This document shows positions 10,193-23,391 of a DNA stretch of 64,000 nucleotides, one piece after another. The position numbers were made by a program, and so were the translations under genes. The notes under the pieces were generated by a model. That model was given only the letters and a program-made list of their open reading frames with translations. It was not told where the DNA came from and did no database searches. The stretch lies in NCBI GenBank assembly GCA_963779415.1, contig CAVZYA010000002.1:416001-480000 (forward strand), in the 5' to 3' direction. How positions within the stretch are numbered: position 1 is the stretch's first letter; the number at the start of each line of letters is the position of its first letter. Source of the DNA: an uncultured Acidobacteriota bacterium. GTDB taxonomy: Bacteria > Acidobacteriota > Thermoanaerobaculia > UBA5066.

Positions 10193-10990
10193 GTGGCGGG
10201 GGGAGCGATCGTCCTCGCCGTCGCGAACCAGAAGGGGGGAGTCGGGAAGACGACGACGGCCATCAGCCTCGGCGCCGCGCTCGCGGCGCTCGAGAAGCGC
10301 GTCCTCCTGATCGACTTCGACCCGCAGGGGAACACGACCGGCGGGCTCGGCGTAGACAAGAAGGCGCTCGGCGCCACGGCGTACGGCTGGCTTCTCGGGA
10401 GCTCGGGCTTCGGCGAGACGGTCCGGGCGACCGAGCTCCCGTTTCTCTCGCTCCTTCCGTCGAACCGGGACCTCGTCGGGGCCGAGGTGGAGCTCGTCGC
10501 CGCGGAGCGCCGCGAGCACCGCCTTCTGGAAAAGCTCCTGCCGCTTCGCGCCGGGTACGACTTCATCCTGATCGATTGCCCGCCGTCGCTCGGGCTTCTC
10601 ACCGTCAACGCCCTCACGGCGGCGGACGGGGTCCTGGTACCGGTCCAGTGCGAATACCTCGCCCTGGAAGGGGTCAGCGAGCTCCTCTCGACGGTCGAGC
10701 GGGTTCGCGAGAGCCTCAACACCCAGCTCGAGGTGACGGGAATTCTCCCGACGATGTGGGACGACCGGACGAATCTCTCGAGGCAGGTTCTCGACGAGAT
10801 CCGGCGCTACTTCGGCGAGAAGGTCTTCCGGACCCCCATTCCCAGAAACATCCGCCTGGCGGAAGCGCCCTCCCATGGAAAGCCGATCCTCCTCTACGAC
10901 ATCCGTTCGAAGGGCTCGGAGGCCTATCTGGCGGTCGCGCGGGAGCTGCTGGAGCGGACATGTAAAGCGGAACTCATTGAAAATGAATAA
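10193..10990 (+). CDS. parA: Chromosome partitioning ATPase ParA/Soj
   Basis: NQKGGVGKTTT, DPQGN, DCPPSLG, IPRNIRLAEAPSHG. Confidence 0.96.
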   Translation: MAGGAIVLAVANQKGGVGKTTTAISLGAALAALEKRVLLIDFDPQGNTTGGLGVDKKALGATAYGWLLGSSGFGETVRATELPFLSLLPSNRDLVGAEVELVAAERREHRLLEKLLPLRAGYDFILIDCPPSLGLLTVNALTAADGVLVPVQCEYLALEGVSELLSTVERVRESLNTQLEVTGILPTMWDDRTNLSRQVLDEIRRYFGEKVFRTPIPRNIRLAEAPSHGKPILLYDIRSKGSEAYLAVARELLERTCKAELIENE

Positions 10991-10999
10991 GATACAGCC

Positions 11000-11860
11000 A
11001 TGACGAAGAAGCCGGCACTCGGCCGGGGCCTCTCGGCGCTGATCCCCGGAAAGCGGGACGGAGAGCCCGCGATGGGCCTTCTGACCGTCCCGCTCGACCG
11101 GCTCGACGCCAATCCGCGGCAGCCGCGACGCCGCTTCGACGAGGACGGGCTCGAGGAGCTGGCGAAGTCGATCCGGAAGGCCGGAATCCTCCAGCCGCTT
11201 CTCGTCACGCGCGTCGGCGAGAGGTACCGGATCCTCGCCGGCGAGCGCCGCGCCCGCGCGGCGCGGGCGGCCGGCCTCTCGGAGGTCCCCGTCGTCGTCC
11301 GCGAGGGGCTCCAGGACCGGGACCACCTTCTCCTGGCCCTCATCGAGAACCTCCAGCGCCGGGACCTCACCGCTCTCGAGGAGGCCGAGGCGTACCACCA
11401 CCTTCGCGGCGAGTTCGGCCTGACGCAGGAGGAGATCGCCGAACGGGTCGGGAAGGACCGGGCCACGGTGGCAAACGCGCTCCGGCTTCTCAAGCTTCCC
11501 GCGGAGGTCCGTGTGGCGCTCGAGGCCGGAACACTCTCGGCCGGGCATGCGCGTGCTCTTCTCTCCCTCGGATCGGCGGCTGACCAGGAGAAGCTGGCGC
11601 GCGAGTTCGTCCGGCGCGGCCTTTCGGTTCGTGCGGCCGAGGCGCGCGTCGCGTCTCTCGTGAAGGGAGAGTCGACGCGCCGGCGGAGCGACCGGAGCGT
11701 GGACGCCGACACGCGGGACGCGGAGCTCCGCCTCTCCCGGGCCCTCGCGACGCGCGTGGAGATCCACCGGCGGCGTCGCGGCGGTGACGTCCGCGTCTTT
11801 TTCTACTCGGAGGAAGAGCTGATCGGCCTCTTCGACCGGCTCGTAAAGGGGGCGAAGTGA
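11000..11860 (+). CDS. parB: Chromosome partitioning protein ParB/Spo0J
   Basis: LGRGLSAL, NPRQPR, AGERRARA, ENLQRRDL, HTH. Confidence 0.96.
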   Translation: MTKKPALGRGLSALIPGKRDGEPAMGLLTVPLDRLDANPRQPRRRFDEDGLEELAKSIRKAGILQPLLVTRVGERYRILAGERRARAARAAGLSEVPVVVREGLQDRDHLLLALIENLQRRDLTALEEAEAYHHLRGEFGLTQEEIAERVGKDRATVANALRLLKLPAEVRVALEAGTLSAGHARALLSLGSAADQEKLAREFVRRGLSVRAAEARVASLVKGESTRRRSDRSVDADTRDAELRLSRALATRVEIHRRRRGGDVRVFFYSEEELIGLFDRLVKGAK

Positions 11861-12249
11861 CCCAGAGACCGAAGACCGGGGCGCTGAACGGATTTCTCGA
11901 CAGCGGCGCCCGTTTCGAAGGGACACTGACGTTCGAGGACGTCTTCCGGATCGACGGGCACTTCCGGGGAGTCGTCATCTCGGAGAGCGAGCTCGTCGTC
12001 GGGGACCGTGCGGTGATCGAAGGGGAGATCCGCGTCGGAAAGCTCGCCGTCTCGGGGACGATCCGCGGCGTGATCCACGCCCGCGAGCGGGTGGAAATTC
12101 ATGCCGGCGCCCGGATCTATGCCGAGATCCACACGCCGGCCCTCGTCGTCGAGGAAGGCGCCGTCCTGCAGGGACCCGTCGAAGCGGGGGCGAAGCCCGT
12201 TCCCGAGGAGCCGCCGCGCCAGGACGCCGTACCGGGGATACACGCATGA
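11857..12249 (+). CDS. Bactofilin (polymer-forming cytoskeletal protein)
   Basis: Beta-helix pattern FEGTL..RIDG..G..L.VG..A.IEGEI..LVVEEGA. Confidence 0.88.
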   Translation: MTQRPKTGALNGFLDSGARFEGTLTFEDVFRIDGHFRGVVISESELVVGDRAVIEGEIRVGKLAVSGTIRGVIHARERVEIHAGARIYAEIHTPALVVEEGAVLQGPVEAGAKPVPEEPPRQDAVPGIHA

Positions 12250-12378
12250 GAACCGAAACGATTGACCGGGCTCGATCCATGTGGCATAAACCGGCGGCTC
12301 GTCCGGGTCCCGAAGATTCTCTCTCTTCCGCTTGGCAAACGAGGCCCTTCTGAGTTCACCGGGCGCGCCGGGCTCCAG

Positions 12379-12810
12379 ATGATTCAGCTGCCGGACCTTT
12401 CGCTCCTCGTCATCGCCGCTCTCTTCTGGGCGACCTACTGGGTACTCCGCCAGAAGGTCTTCAAGCCGCTCGGAGGGATCCTGGACGGGCGGGAGAGGGC
12501 CATCTCCAGCGCGTCCTCCGCGCTGACGAAGGCGCTGGAGAGCGAGAAAGAGACCCTCGCCGAGATCGACCGGCGGATGACGGAAGCCCGCCGCCAGGCG
12601 ATGGCGGCGAAGGACGCGACGCGGCAGGCCGCCGCGCGCCGGCGGCAGGAGCTGCTCGACGCCGCGCGCGAGAAGGCGAGGGGGTGGATGACCGAGGCGC
12701 AGCGAGGCCTCGACACGGACATCGCCTCGGCCCGCGAGCAGCTTCGCCTCCAGGCGAGCGCGCTCGGCGCGGAGATCGCCTCCCGGGTGCTCGGGCGGAG
12801 AATCGCGTGA
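12379..12810 (+). CDS. ATP synthase F0 subunit b'
   Basis: N-terminal TM ending FKPL followed by a long charged helix; first gene of the atp cluster. Confidence 0.85.
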   Translation: MIQLPDLSLLVIAALFWATYWVLRQKVFKPLGGILDGRERAISSASSALTKALESEKETLAEIDRRMTEARRQAMAAKDATRQAAARRRQELLDAAREKARGWMTEAQRGLDTDIASAREQLRLQASALGAEIASRVLGRRIA

Positions 12811-13355
12811 GCGCGCTCCTGCCTCCGGTCGCCTTCCTCCTCTTCGCGGAGGGAGGCCACGCGGAGACGTTTCTCGGCCTCCCCGTCGTCCTCTGGAAGA
12901 CGGCGAACCTTCTCCTCTTCTTCGGTCTCATGTGGTGGCTCCTGAAAAAGCCGTTCACGAGCTTCTTCCGCGAGAGGCGCGGCGAGATCGAGAAGGCCCT
13001 CGCAAAGGCCGAAGAGGACCGGGCCCGCGCCGAGGCCCTGGCCGCGCAGCTCTCCTCCCGCCTCGCACAGATCGAGACGGAGCTCGAGAAGCTGAAAGAG
13101 GCGGCCCACAAGGACGCCGAGGCCGAGCATGCGGCCCTCCTCGCGGACGCGGAGGCCGAGGCCGGACGGATCGTCGCCCGGACGAAGGGGGAGATCGAGA
13201 GCCGGATGCGGCACGCGCGCATCGAGCTGACGGAGTACGCCGGGGACCTCGCCGTCGAGATGGCGCGGGAGATGCTCGCCCACAGCGTCACCGCGGAGGA
13301 CCAGAAACGCCTCGTCTCCGCCGGCATTGCCGCCGTGGCGGAACGGAAAGGCTAG
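12807..13355 (+). CDS. atpF: ATP synthase F0 subunit b
   Basis: [20 protein letters not shown] plus coiled coil. Confidence 0.88.
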   Translation: MSALLPPVAFLLFAEGGHAETFLGLPVVLWKTANLLLFFGLMWWLLKKPFTSFFRERRGEIEKALAKAEEDRARAEALAAQLSSRLAQIETELEKLKEAAHKDAEAEHAALLADAEAEAGRIVARTKGEIESRMRHARIELTEYAGDLAVEMAREMLAHSVTAEDQKRLVSAGIAAVAERKG

Positions 13356-13370
13356 ACGGGGAGGCGACGA

Positions 13371-13919
13371 ATGGCTGCGGCCTTCACAAAGCCCTACATC
13401 GACGCGCTCCTCGCCGTGGCGGGCTCCGCGGAGGCGGCGGGCGCCCTCCTCGCGGACCTCGACGCCCTGGATCGGACGCTCGGCTCCTCGCCGGAGCTTC
13501 GGGAGCTCTTCCGGAATCCGGCGGTCGAGCGCTCCCGCAAAGCGGGTCTCCTCGGGGCGGTCACGGCGAAGCTCGGGACCGCGCCGCTGGCCGCGCGGCT
13601 CTGCTCGGTCCTCCTCGTGAACCGACGGCTGCCGCATCTCGGCGAGGTGATCGCGGCCCTCCGCGAGCGTCTCGACCGCGACCGGAACGTCGTCGAGGCG
13701 CACGTCCGGGCGGCCCGGCCGCTCGCGGACGCGGAGGCGGAGGAGATCCAGAAGTCGCTCGAGGGGCGGACCCGCCGGACCGTCCGGCTCCGGACGGAGA
13801 CGGAGCCGGCGCTTCTCGGGGGATTCGTCATCCGGATCGGCAGCGAGGTCTACGATGCGTCGCTCGCCACGCGCCTTTCGCGCGTGCGTGCGTCGCTTCA
13901 CGAGGAAACGGGTCACTGA
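13371..13919 (+). CDS. atpH: ATP synthase F1 delta
   Basis: [18 protein letters not shown]; operon position. Confidence 0.93.
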   Translation: MAAAFTKPYIDALLAVAGSAEAAGALLADLDALDRTLGSSPELRELFRNPAVERSRKAGLLGAVTAKLGTAPLAARLCSVLLVNRRLPHLGEVIAALRERLDRDRNVVEAHVRAARPLADAEAEEIQKSLEGRTRRTVRLRTETEPALLGGFVIRIGSEVYDASLATRLSRVRASLHEETGH

Positions 13920-13960
13920 AGGTGGCGCCGGGCTCCACCGGCGCACGTGAGAAACGGACT

Positions 13961-15496
<1,536 letters not shown>

Positions 15497-15503
15497 GAGT
15501 GGC

Positions 15504-16382
15504 ATGGCGAACCTGATCGACCTCCGCCGCCGGATCCGCAGCGTCAAGAGCACGCAGCAGATCACCCGGGCCATGAAGATGGTGGCGGCCTCGCGCCTGC
15601 GCCGCTCGCAGGAGCGCGTCCTCGCGGCCCGACCCTACGCGGCTGCCCTCGAGGCGACGCTCGCGTCGGTGGCCCTGCACGTCCCGCCGAAGGAGGACGG
15701 CTCGCCGCTCCACCCCCTCCTCGTGCAGCGCGAGGAAAAGCGGATCGTCCTCATCGTCGTCGCGGGCGACAAGGGGCTCTGCGGCGGCTTCAACGCGAAC
15801 ATCAACCGGGCCGTGGGCGCCTTCCTCCGGGATGCGAAGGAGCGGGGTGTCGAGGAGGTCCGGCTCGTCACCCTCGGACGGAAGGCCGTCGATTTCTGGA
15901 AGCGGCGGAGCCTCCCGATTCTCGACGCACGCCCCGGCCTCTTCGCGCGCTTCAGTTACGACACGGCCGTCGAGATCATCCGGAAGGTGGCCGACCTCTT
16001 CGTCGCGGGAGAGGTCGACGCCGTCCATGTCATCTACAACGAGTTCAAAAGCGTCATCTCGCAGGTGATCCGGACGAAGCGGCTCCTTCCGGTGGAGCTC
16101 CCCGCGGGCGCCTCCGCTCCGGAGATCGATTATCTCTACGAGCCGTCGGCGGAAATCATCCTCGGGCGGCTCGTCCCTCGGCACCTCGAGTTCCAGGCCT
16201 ATCGGATCCTCCTCGAGTCGAACGCCGCGGAGAACGCCGCGCGGATGACGGCGATGGACGCCGCCGCGAAGAACGCCGGGGAGATCATCGATTCCCTCAC
16301 GCTCACGTACAACCGCGCCCGGCAGGCGCGGATCACCAAGGAACTGATCGAAGTCGTCTCGGGCGCCGCGGCGGCGAAATAG
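15504..16382 (+). CDS. atpG: ATP synthase F1 gamma
   Basis: QITRAMKMVAA, GLCGGFN, YNRARQARITKELIE. Confidence 0.98.
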   Translation: MANLIDLRRRIRSVKSTQQITRAMKMVAASRLRRSQERVLAARPYAAALEATLASVALHVPPKEDGSPLHPLLVQREEKRIVLIVVAGDKGLCGGFNANINRAVGAFLRDAKERGVEEVRLVTLGRKAVDFWKRRSLPILDARPGLFARFSYDTAVEIIRKVADLFVAGEVDAVHVIYNEFKSVISQVIRTKRLLPVELPAGASAPEIDYLYEPSAEIILGRLVPRHLEFQAYRILLESNAAENAARMTAMDAAAKNAGEIIDSLTLTYNRARQARITKELIEVVSGAAAAK

Positions 16383-17837
<1,455 letters not shown>

Positions 17838-17838
17838 C

Positions 17839-18248
17839 GTGGCGTCAGGCCGGCTCTCCCTGACGATCGTGACCCCGGAGCGCGCGCTCGTGAGCAAGAT
17901 GACGTGCGACGAGGTCACCCTCCCCGGGGAGCGCGGCGAGCTCGGCATCCTCCCGTCACACACCCCTCTCATCACGCTTCTCGGTATCGGGATCGTCCGG
18001 TGGACCGGAGGGGAGAGTTCCGGCCCGATCGCCGTCCGGGGGGCTTCGCCGAAATCGCGGGCGACGTCGTCCGGATCCTGGCCGACGCGGCCGCGACGAA
18101 GGAAACGATCGACACCGCGGCGGCGGCGCGCGACAAGGAAGCCGCCGAAAAAGCGCGTGCCTCCGTGCAAGGCGAGGAGCAGCTCGACGCCGTCAACGCC
18201 GACGCGGCGTACGCCGAGGCCCGCCTCAGGATCGCTTCCCCCGGCTGA
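17839..18248 (+). CDS. atpC: ATP synthase F1 epsilon (frameshift at G run ~18038-18043, probably an error)
   Basis: IVTPE..LPG..GELGILPSH in one frame, GGFAEI..VRILADAA in the next. Confidence 0.9.
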
Positions 18249-18399
18249 GGCGGCTTCTGGCACGACGATTGCGATACAGAGGCGGGTGGCGCCCCGGTGA
18301 CGCCAGAACGAGACGACCCAGGAAGCCTCCTCTCCTCCTACCGGGAAAGGGCCTCGCATTCGCGGGGTCCTTTCCTTTTTCCCCCTATCATTCTCCGCG

Positions 18400-19989
18400 G
18401 TGACCGGTTTCGCTGACGCCCTTCTCCCCCTCGCGTCTGTTCCAGGCATCCCCGATCTGGCGCGCGAGTTCGCGGAGGGCTCTTCCCGGGTCGTGCGCTT
18501 TCTTCCGGACGCCGGGGACGCCGGCGCCGTGGCGGCCCGTGCCCGCGAGGTCCTCGGGCGCTTCCGGCCCCGGAGCCCGGGGCAGGCCGATCCGGCGCTC
18601 GTGGAGCTGACGTCGGGACGGGCGGCGGCGATCGTGGCCGGCCAGCAGGTGGGGTTGTTCGGGGGCCCTCTTCTGACACTGGTCAAGGCATTGGCTTCCA
18701 TTCAGCTCTCCCGCGACGTCTCTGCCCGCGGCGTCCCGGCCGTCCCCCTCTTCTGGTGTGCGTCGGAGGACCACGACCTCGTCGAGGTGACGCGCTTCGC
18801 GATTCCCGCCGAAGGGGGCGCCGTCGAGATCGGTCCCGATCCCGCGTCGCTCCGCTCGAATCGCCGGCCCGTCGGGAATCTGCCGATCGCGGAGAACGCA
18901 GCCGCTCTTCTTTCACGAGCCGCCGAAGGCCTTTCCGAAGTCGGCGCCGGCGACCGGGAGGCTCTCCTCGCCTTCCACGAAGGGCGAACCTATCGCGAGG
19001 CTTTCGTCAGGACCCTGACATGGCTGGCGGACGAGCCTGCCCTCCTTTTCGCCGACGCGGCGCGCTCCGGCGACAAGCCCGACCTCGTCGCCCTCGCGGT
19101 GCGGCTCGTCCGGGAGCGCCGGGAGGTCCGAGGGATCCTCGGAACGCGCGGGGCCGATCTCGCCTCCTCGGGGTTCTCCCTGCAGGTGACGAACGAACCC
19201 GAGGTCCTCCCCCTCTTCGCCGTCGTCGCCGGGGAGCGGTTCGTCCTTCGCGAGGAGGGGTCCGGGAAGCTCCGCCTGAAGGGAGCCGCCGACGACCGGG
19301 CGTTCGATGCCGAAGAGGTCGTCGCGAATTTCGAGAGCGGGCGCTGGGCGCCGTCGTTCTCGGCCCTCTCGCGACCTCTCGCGACGTCGCGCCTCTATCC
19401 CGTCGCGGCCGTGGTCCTCGGGCCCGCCGAGATCGCCTACTGGGCGCAAAGCCATCCTCTCTTCGCGTGGGCGGAGCTCCTCCCGCCCGTTCTCGTTCCG
19501 CGCCCCATGGTCGCCCCGCTCTCCCCGGCGGCACGGCGGGCTCTCTCGAAACTCGGGCTCGGCCTTTCGGACGCGCTCGCGGGGGAGGAGGCCTTTCGCG
19601 CGCGCGCGGGCGCGATCCGTTCGGGCGCGGCGCTCGACCGGCTCCGGTCGGTCCGCGATCGGGCGCTCGGCGAGGTCGGCACGCTCGCCCCGGAGCTTCT
19701 CGCGATCGACCCCTCCCTCGCGCGGGCGCTCGAGGCGACGCGGCAGAACGTCGCCTTCGCCTTCACGAAGCTGGAGGAGAAGTCGGTGCAGGCGGCCGCG
19801 CGAGCCGATGCGACCCTCGACGCCTGGATTCGCCGGGTCGCCGGGGAGGTGGCGCCGGGTGGGACGCTCGCCGAGCGCGTTTACACGGCGGTGCCGTGGA
19901 TTCTCCGCCACGGCCGGGAGGGTCTCGTCGGGCCGCTGAAACATCGTCTCCGCTGGGACGTACCCGGGCTTCAGGTGGTGGAGCTGTGA
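18400..19989 (+). CDS. bshC: Bacillithiol biosynthesis protein BshC
   Basis: AGQQVGLFGGPL..KA, FWCASEDHD, GPAEIAYWAQ, PRP. Confidence 0.9.
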   Translation: MTGFADALLPLASVPGIPDLAREFAEGSSRVVRFLPDAGDAGAVAARAREVLGRFRPRSPGQADPALVELTSGRAAAIVAGQQVGLFGGPLLTLVKALASIQLSRDVSARGVPAVPLFWCASEDHDLVEVTRFAIPAEGGAVEIGPDPASLRSNRRPVGNLPIAENAAALLSRAAEGLSEVGAGDREALLAFHEGRTYREAFVRTLTWLADEPALLFADAARSGDKPDLVALAVRLVRERREVRGILGTRGADLASSGFSLQVTNEPEVLPLFAVVAGERFVLREEGSGKLRLKGAADDRAFDAEEVVANFESGRWAPSFSALSRPLATSRLYPVAAVVLGPAEIAYWAQSHPLFAWAELLPPVLVPRPMVAPLSPAARRALSKLGLGLSDALAGEEAFRARAGAIRSGAALDRLRSVRDRALGEVGTLAPELLAIDPSLARALEATRQNVAFAFTKLEEKSVQAAARADATLDAWIRRVAGEVAPGGTLAERVYTAVPWILRHGREGLVGPLKHRLRWDVPGLQVVEL

Positions 19990-20724
19990 TGGCCGTCCCG
20001 GTCGACGTTCTAGCGTTCGGCGCGCACCCGGACGACGTGGAGCTCGGCTGCGGCGGGACGCTCGCCGCGCTCGCGATACGGGGCTACCGAATCGGGATCT
20101 GCGATCTGACGCGCGGGGAGGCGGGAACGCGCGGAACGCCGGCGACCCGCGCCGCCGAGGCGAGGCTTGCCGCGGAGATTCTCGGTGCCGCCTTCCGGGC
20201 GACGCTCGATCTCGGCGACGGAAACCTCCGGACCGACCGTGCCGCGGAACTCGACGTGATCGCGGTCATCCGGGCTGCGCGCCCGCGAATCGTTTTGGCG
20301 CCCTGGGTGACGGCCCGGCACCCGGACCACGCCCGCGCCTCGAAGCTCGTTGCCGAGGCGGCGTGGTACTCGGGCCTCCGTAGCCTCGACACGGGCCTCG
20401 CCGCCTGGCGCCCCCAGCAGGTTCTCTACTACGCTTCCTCTCCGGTCGCCAATGTGTCGTTCCTCGTCGACGTGACGGCGGTCTTCGAGACGAAGCTCCG
20501 GGCGATCGGGGCCTTCCGGAGCCAGTTCCACGACCCGGGCTCCACCGAGCCGGAGACCTACATCTCGACGGCAGGATTCCGGGATGGGATCCGGGCCCGT
20601 GCGCAGGCGCTGGGACAGATGGCGAACGTCGCGTACGCCGAGGCGTTCCTCGCCCACGTCCCACCCCGGGTCGACGATCCCGTCTGCGGCGTTCGAAGGA
20701 TACGAACCGGGATTTCCGAAATGA
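19989..20724 (+). CDS. bshB1: Bacillithiol deacetylase BshB1 (likely 1-nt error near 20685; corrected end ..AAFEGYEPGFPK*)
   Basis: AHPDDVELGCGG, LTRGEAGTRG, HPDH, SQF; lies between bshC and bshA. Confidence 0.9.
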
Positions 20725-20736
20725 AGATCGGAATTG

Positions 20737-20810
20737 GCTCGCCGGGGGGCTTGCCTGCAACGACGGGGCCCCACCCCGTCGTTCCCCCGGACCCCCTAAA
20801 GGAGTAGCTG
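20737..20810. repeat. REP-like palindromic insert between duplicated bshA 5' ends
   Basis: Hairpin AACGACGGGG/CCCCGTCGTT inside CCGGGGG/CCCCCGG; flanked by ATGAAGATCGGAATTG (20721) and GTGAAGATAGGTATTG (20811). Confidence 0.6.
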
Positions 20811-21929
20811 GTGAAGATAGGTATTGCCTGTTACCCAACTTTTGGGGGGTCGGGGGTCGTCGCGACGGAGCTGGGGCGCGAGCTGGCGCGGCGCGGGCAC
20901 CATGTCCACTTCATCACGTACGCCCCTCCCTCGCGTCTGACGGCCTTCACCGACCGGATGAGCTACCACGAGGTGTCGGTCCCGTCGTATCCGCTCTTCC
21001 AGTACGCGCCGTACGACCTCGCTCTCGCGACGCGGATCGTCGACGTGGCGGAGCACGAGGGCCTCGACCTCCTGCACGCCCACTACGCTCTCCCGCACGC
21101 GATTTCGGCCCATCTCGCCCGCGAGATGCTGGCGCCGCGGCACCTCGGCGTCGTGACGACGCTCCACGGCACCGACATCACGATCGTGGGCCAGGACCGG
21201 TCGTACCTCCCGATCACCCGTTTCGGGATCGACCGCTCCGACGCCGTGACCGCCGTCTCGAAGTACTTGCGGAAGGTGACCGAGGACGTCTTCCGCCCCT
21301 CGCGCGCGATCGAAGTGATCCCGAACTTCATCGACCCCGAGCGATGGAAGCCCCACGCCGACGGCACGGTCTGCCGAGTGGCGCCGGCGGGACGGAAGGT
21401 CCTTCTCCACGTCTCGAACTTCCGACCGGTCAAGCGAGTCCTCGACGTCGTCGAAATCTTCGACCGGGTGAACCGGATCGTTCCGTCCTGGCTCGTGATG
21501 GTGGGCGACGGCCCGGATCGTCCGGCGGCGGAGGAACTCTGCCGCGCCCGCGGACTCGCCGGCTCGGCGACCTTCCTCGGGAACATGCCGTTCCTCGAGG
21601 CGATCGTCCCCGGCGCGGATCTCTACATTCTTCCGTCGAACTCGGAATCGTTCGGACTCTCGGCCCTCGAGGCACAGGCCAGCGGCGTCCCCGTCCTCGG
21701 CTACGACGTCGGAGGCCTCCCGGAGGTCGTCGAGAAAGGGCGGACCGGCTTCCTCCGGGCGGTGGGCGACCTCGACGGCCTCGCGGGTGACGCCATCGCG
21801 ATCCTGTCTGATCCCGCGCGCTATGACGCCATGTCGAAAGCCTCGCGGGAGCGGGCCGTCGGCCTCTTCAACGCGGAGTCGATCGTCCCGTTCTACCTCG
21901 AGGTCTACGAGCGGGTCCTCGCGCGCTGA
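20811..21929 (+). CDS. bshA: N-acetylglucosaminyl L-malate synthase BshA
   Basis: MKIGIACYPTFGGSGVVATELG, HAHYALPH, TLHGTDIT, SNFRPVKR, ESFGLSALEA. Confidence 0.96.
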   Translation: MKIGIACYPTFGGSGVVATELGRELARRGHHVHFITYAPPSRLTAFTDRMSYHEVSVPSYPLFQYAPYDLALATRIVDVAEHEGLDLLHAHYALPHAISAHLAREMLAPRHLGVVTTLHGTDITIVGQDRSYLPITRFGIDRSDAVTAVSKYLRKVTEDVFRPSRAIEVIPNFIDPERWKPHADGTVCRVAPAGRKVLLHVSNFRPVKRVLDVVEIFDRVNRIVPSWLVMVGDGPDRPAAEELCRARGLAGSATFLGNMPFLEAIVPGADLYILPSNSESFGLSALEAQASGVPVLGYDVGGLPEVVEKGRTGFLRAVGDLDGLAGDAIAILSDPARYDAMSKASRERAVGLFNAESIVPFYLEVYERVLAR

Positions 21930-22888
21930 AGGGCGGCGCGGCGCGACGCGCGGGCGAGGGCCGCAAGCTCGGCTTCCGTCAGGCCCGCTGCCGCGAGCGC
22001 TCGATACTCGCCGAGAAGCGTCGTCCCGAAGAGGCCGGGGTCATCGGTGGAAATCGTCACGGCGACCCCGGCCGCGAGAAGAAGACGGACCCGGGAGGCG
22101 ACGTCGCCGATCGAAGCGAGCGCGCCCGTCGCGATGTTGGACGTCGGAGAGACGTCGAGGACGACGCCGCGCGCCGCGAGCCGACGCATTAACGCGGGAT
22201 CCTCGGCGGCGCGGATGCCGTGGGCGATCCGAACGGGTCCGAGCCAGCGGAGCGCGGACGCCACCGACTCGGGGCCGCTCCACTCCCCGGCGTGGACGAG
22301 CGGCGCGAGCCCGAGTTTCCGGACGCGGGCGTAAACCGTCGCGAAGTCGCGCGCCGGGAGAGCCGTTTCGTCGCCGCCGAGGCCGAAGCCGCAGGCGCGA
22401 GGCCACGGGCGCCGCTCGTGGTGGTCGAGGACGCGGTGCGCGGCTTCGGGTCCCCATTGCCGGACCGAGTCGTAGAGGACGACGATCCGGCCGCCGCCGC
22501 GGCGCTCGTGGGCCGAGAAGACGTCTTCGATCGCGTCCCGAACGGGATCCCACGGAAGGCCGATCCGCTCCACGACAGCGGGAGAGACGTAGAGTTCGGC
22601 GTGACGGATCCGCTCGCGGCGGAGGCGGCGGACGAGGTCGCGGGCGACCGCGGCGTAGTCGCCGGGGCCGGTGAGGCAGCGGCAGACGTCTCGGTAGAAG
22701 TCGAGGAATGCCCGGAAATCTCCCCGCAGGCGACGCCGTGCACGGACGGAGGAAAGGTCGGCGAAAATAGGACGAGGGGAGCGGCAGGAGAGCGCGACGA
22801 GCGTCGCGGGCGAGATGGATCCCTCGAGGTGCAGGTGGAGTTCGACCTTCGAAGAGGAACGGAAGCGACGGAGAAAGCGGGTGGACAA
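21905..22888 (-). CDS. Adenosine/adenine deaminase family protein
   Basis: LHLHLEGS, HAGE, RIAHG, STDDPG. Confidence 0.88.
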   Translation of the reverse strand: MSTRFLRRFRSSSKVELHLHLEGSISPATLVALSCRSPRPIFADLSSVRARRRLRGDFRAFLDFYRDVCRCLTGPGDYAAVARDLVRRLRRERIRHAELYVSPAVVERIGLPWDPVRDAIEDVFSAHERRGGGRIVVLYDSVRQWGPEAAHRVLDHHERRPWPRACGFGLGGDETALPARDFATVYARVRKLGLAPLVHAGEWSGPESVASALRWLGPVRIAHGIRAAEDPALMRRLAARGVVLDVSPTSNIATGALASIGDVASRVRLLLAAGVAVTISTDDPGLFGTTLLGEYRALAAAGLTEAELAALARASRRAALQRARTRS

Positions 22889-22891
22889 GGC

Positions 22892-23329
22892 GTTCCATCC
22901 TACGGCGTCCTCCCGCCGGGAATACCCCCTGTCGAGCGGGTCTGGCTCCGTGCCGCGGCGTACGGGGTCGATCTCCTGATCCTGGCCGGGGTCCCTCTCC
23001 TCGTCTCGACCGTTGCGATCGTCGCGGTTCTGCTCGTGGTCGACGACCCGCCGGCATCGCTTGGCGCCGCCTTCCTCGCGGCGCAGGCGCTCTTCGGAAT
23101 GCTCTTCCTCCTTCGGGATGTCGGTGGCCAGAGTCCTGGCAAGCGCCTTTTCGGCCTTCGGCTCGTCCGGGAAGGGGGCCGGCCCGTGGGACTTTTCGCC
23201 TCCATCGCGCGAAACCTCCCGATGCTGATACCCGGCTGGAATCTCCTTGAGCTGCTTGCGGTTATACGGCGGGCGGACGGCCGCCGCGGCGGCGACCGCA
23301 TGGCCGGGACGACCCTCGTCGAGTCCTAG
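22892..23329 (+). CDS. RDD family membrane protein (start unresolved)
   Basis: R..AYGVD, GQSPGKRLFGLRLV, GD.MAGT. Confidence 0.8.
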   Translation, partial: VPSYGVLPPGIPPVERVWLRAAAYGVDLLILAGVPLLVSTVAIVAVLLVVDDPPASLGAAFLAAQALFGMLFLLRDVGGQSPGKRLFGLRLVREGGRPVGLFASIARNLPMLIPGWNLLELLAVIRRADGRRGGDRMAGTTLVES

Positions 23330-23391
23330 AGTCCCGGGGCGGAAACTTTTTCATCGGAGTTTTCGTTCAGGATGAACGGGAGCCCGAAACC

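Noticed and set aside
18400-21929. Bacillithiol pathway outside Firmicutes as novel
   Set aside because: bsh genes are already known in other phyla, including Acidobacteria and Bacteroidetes.
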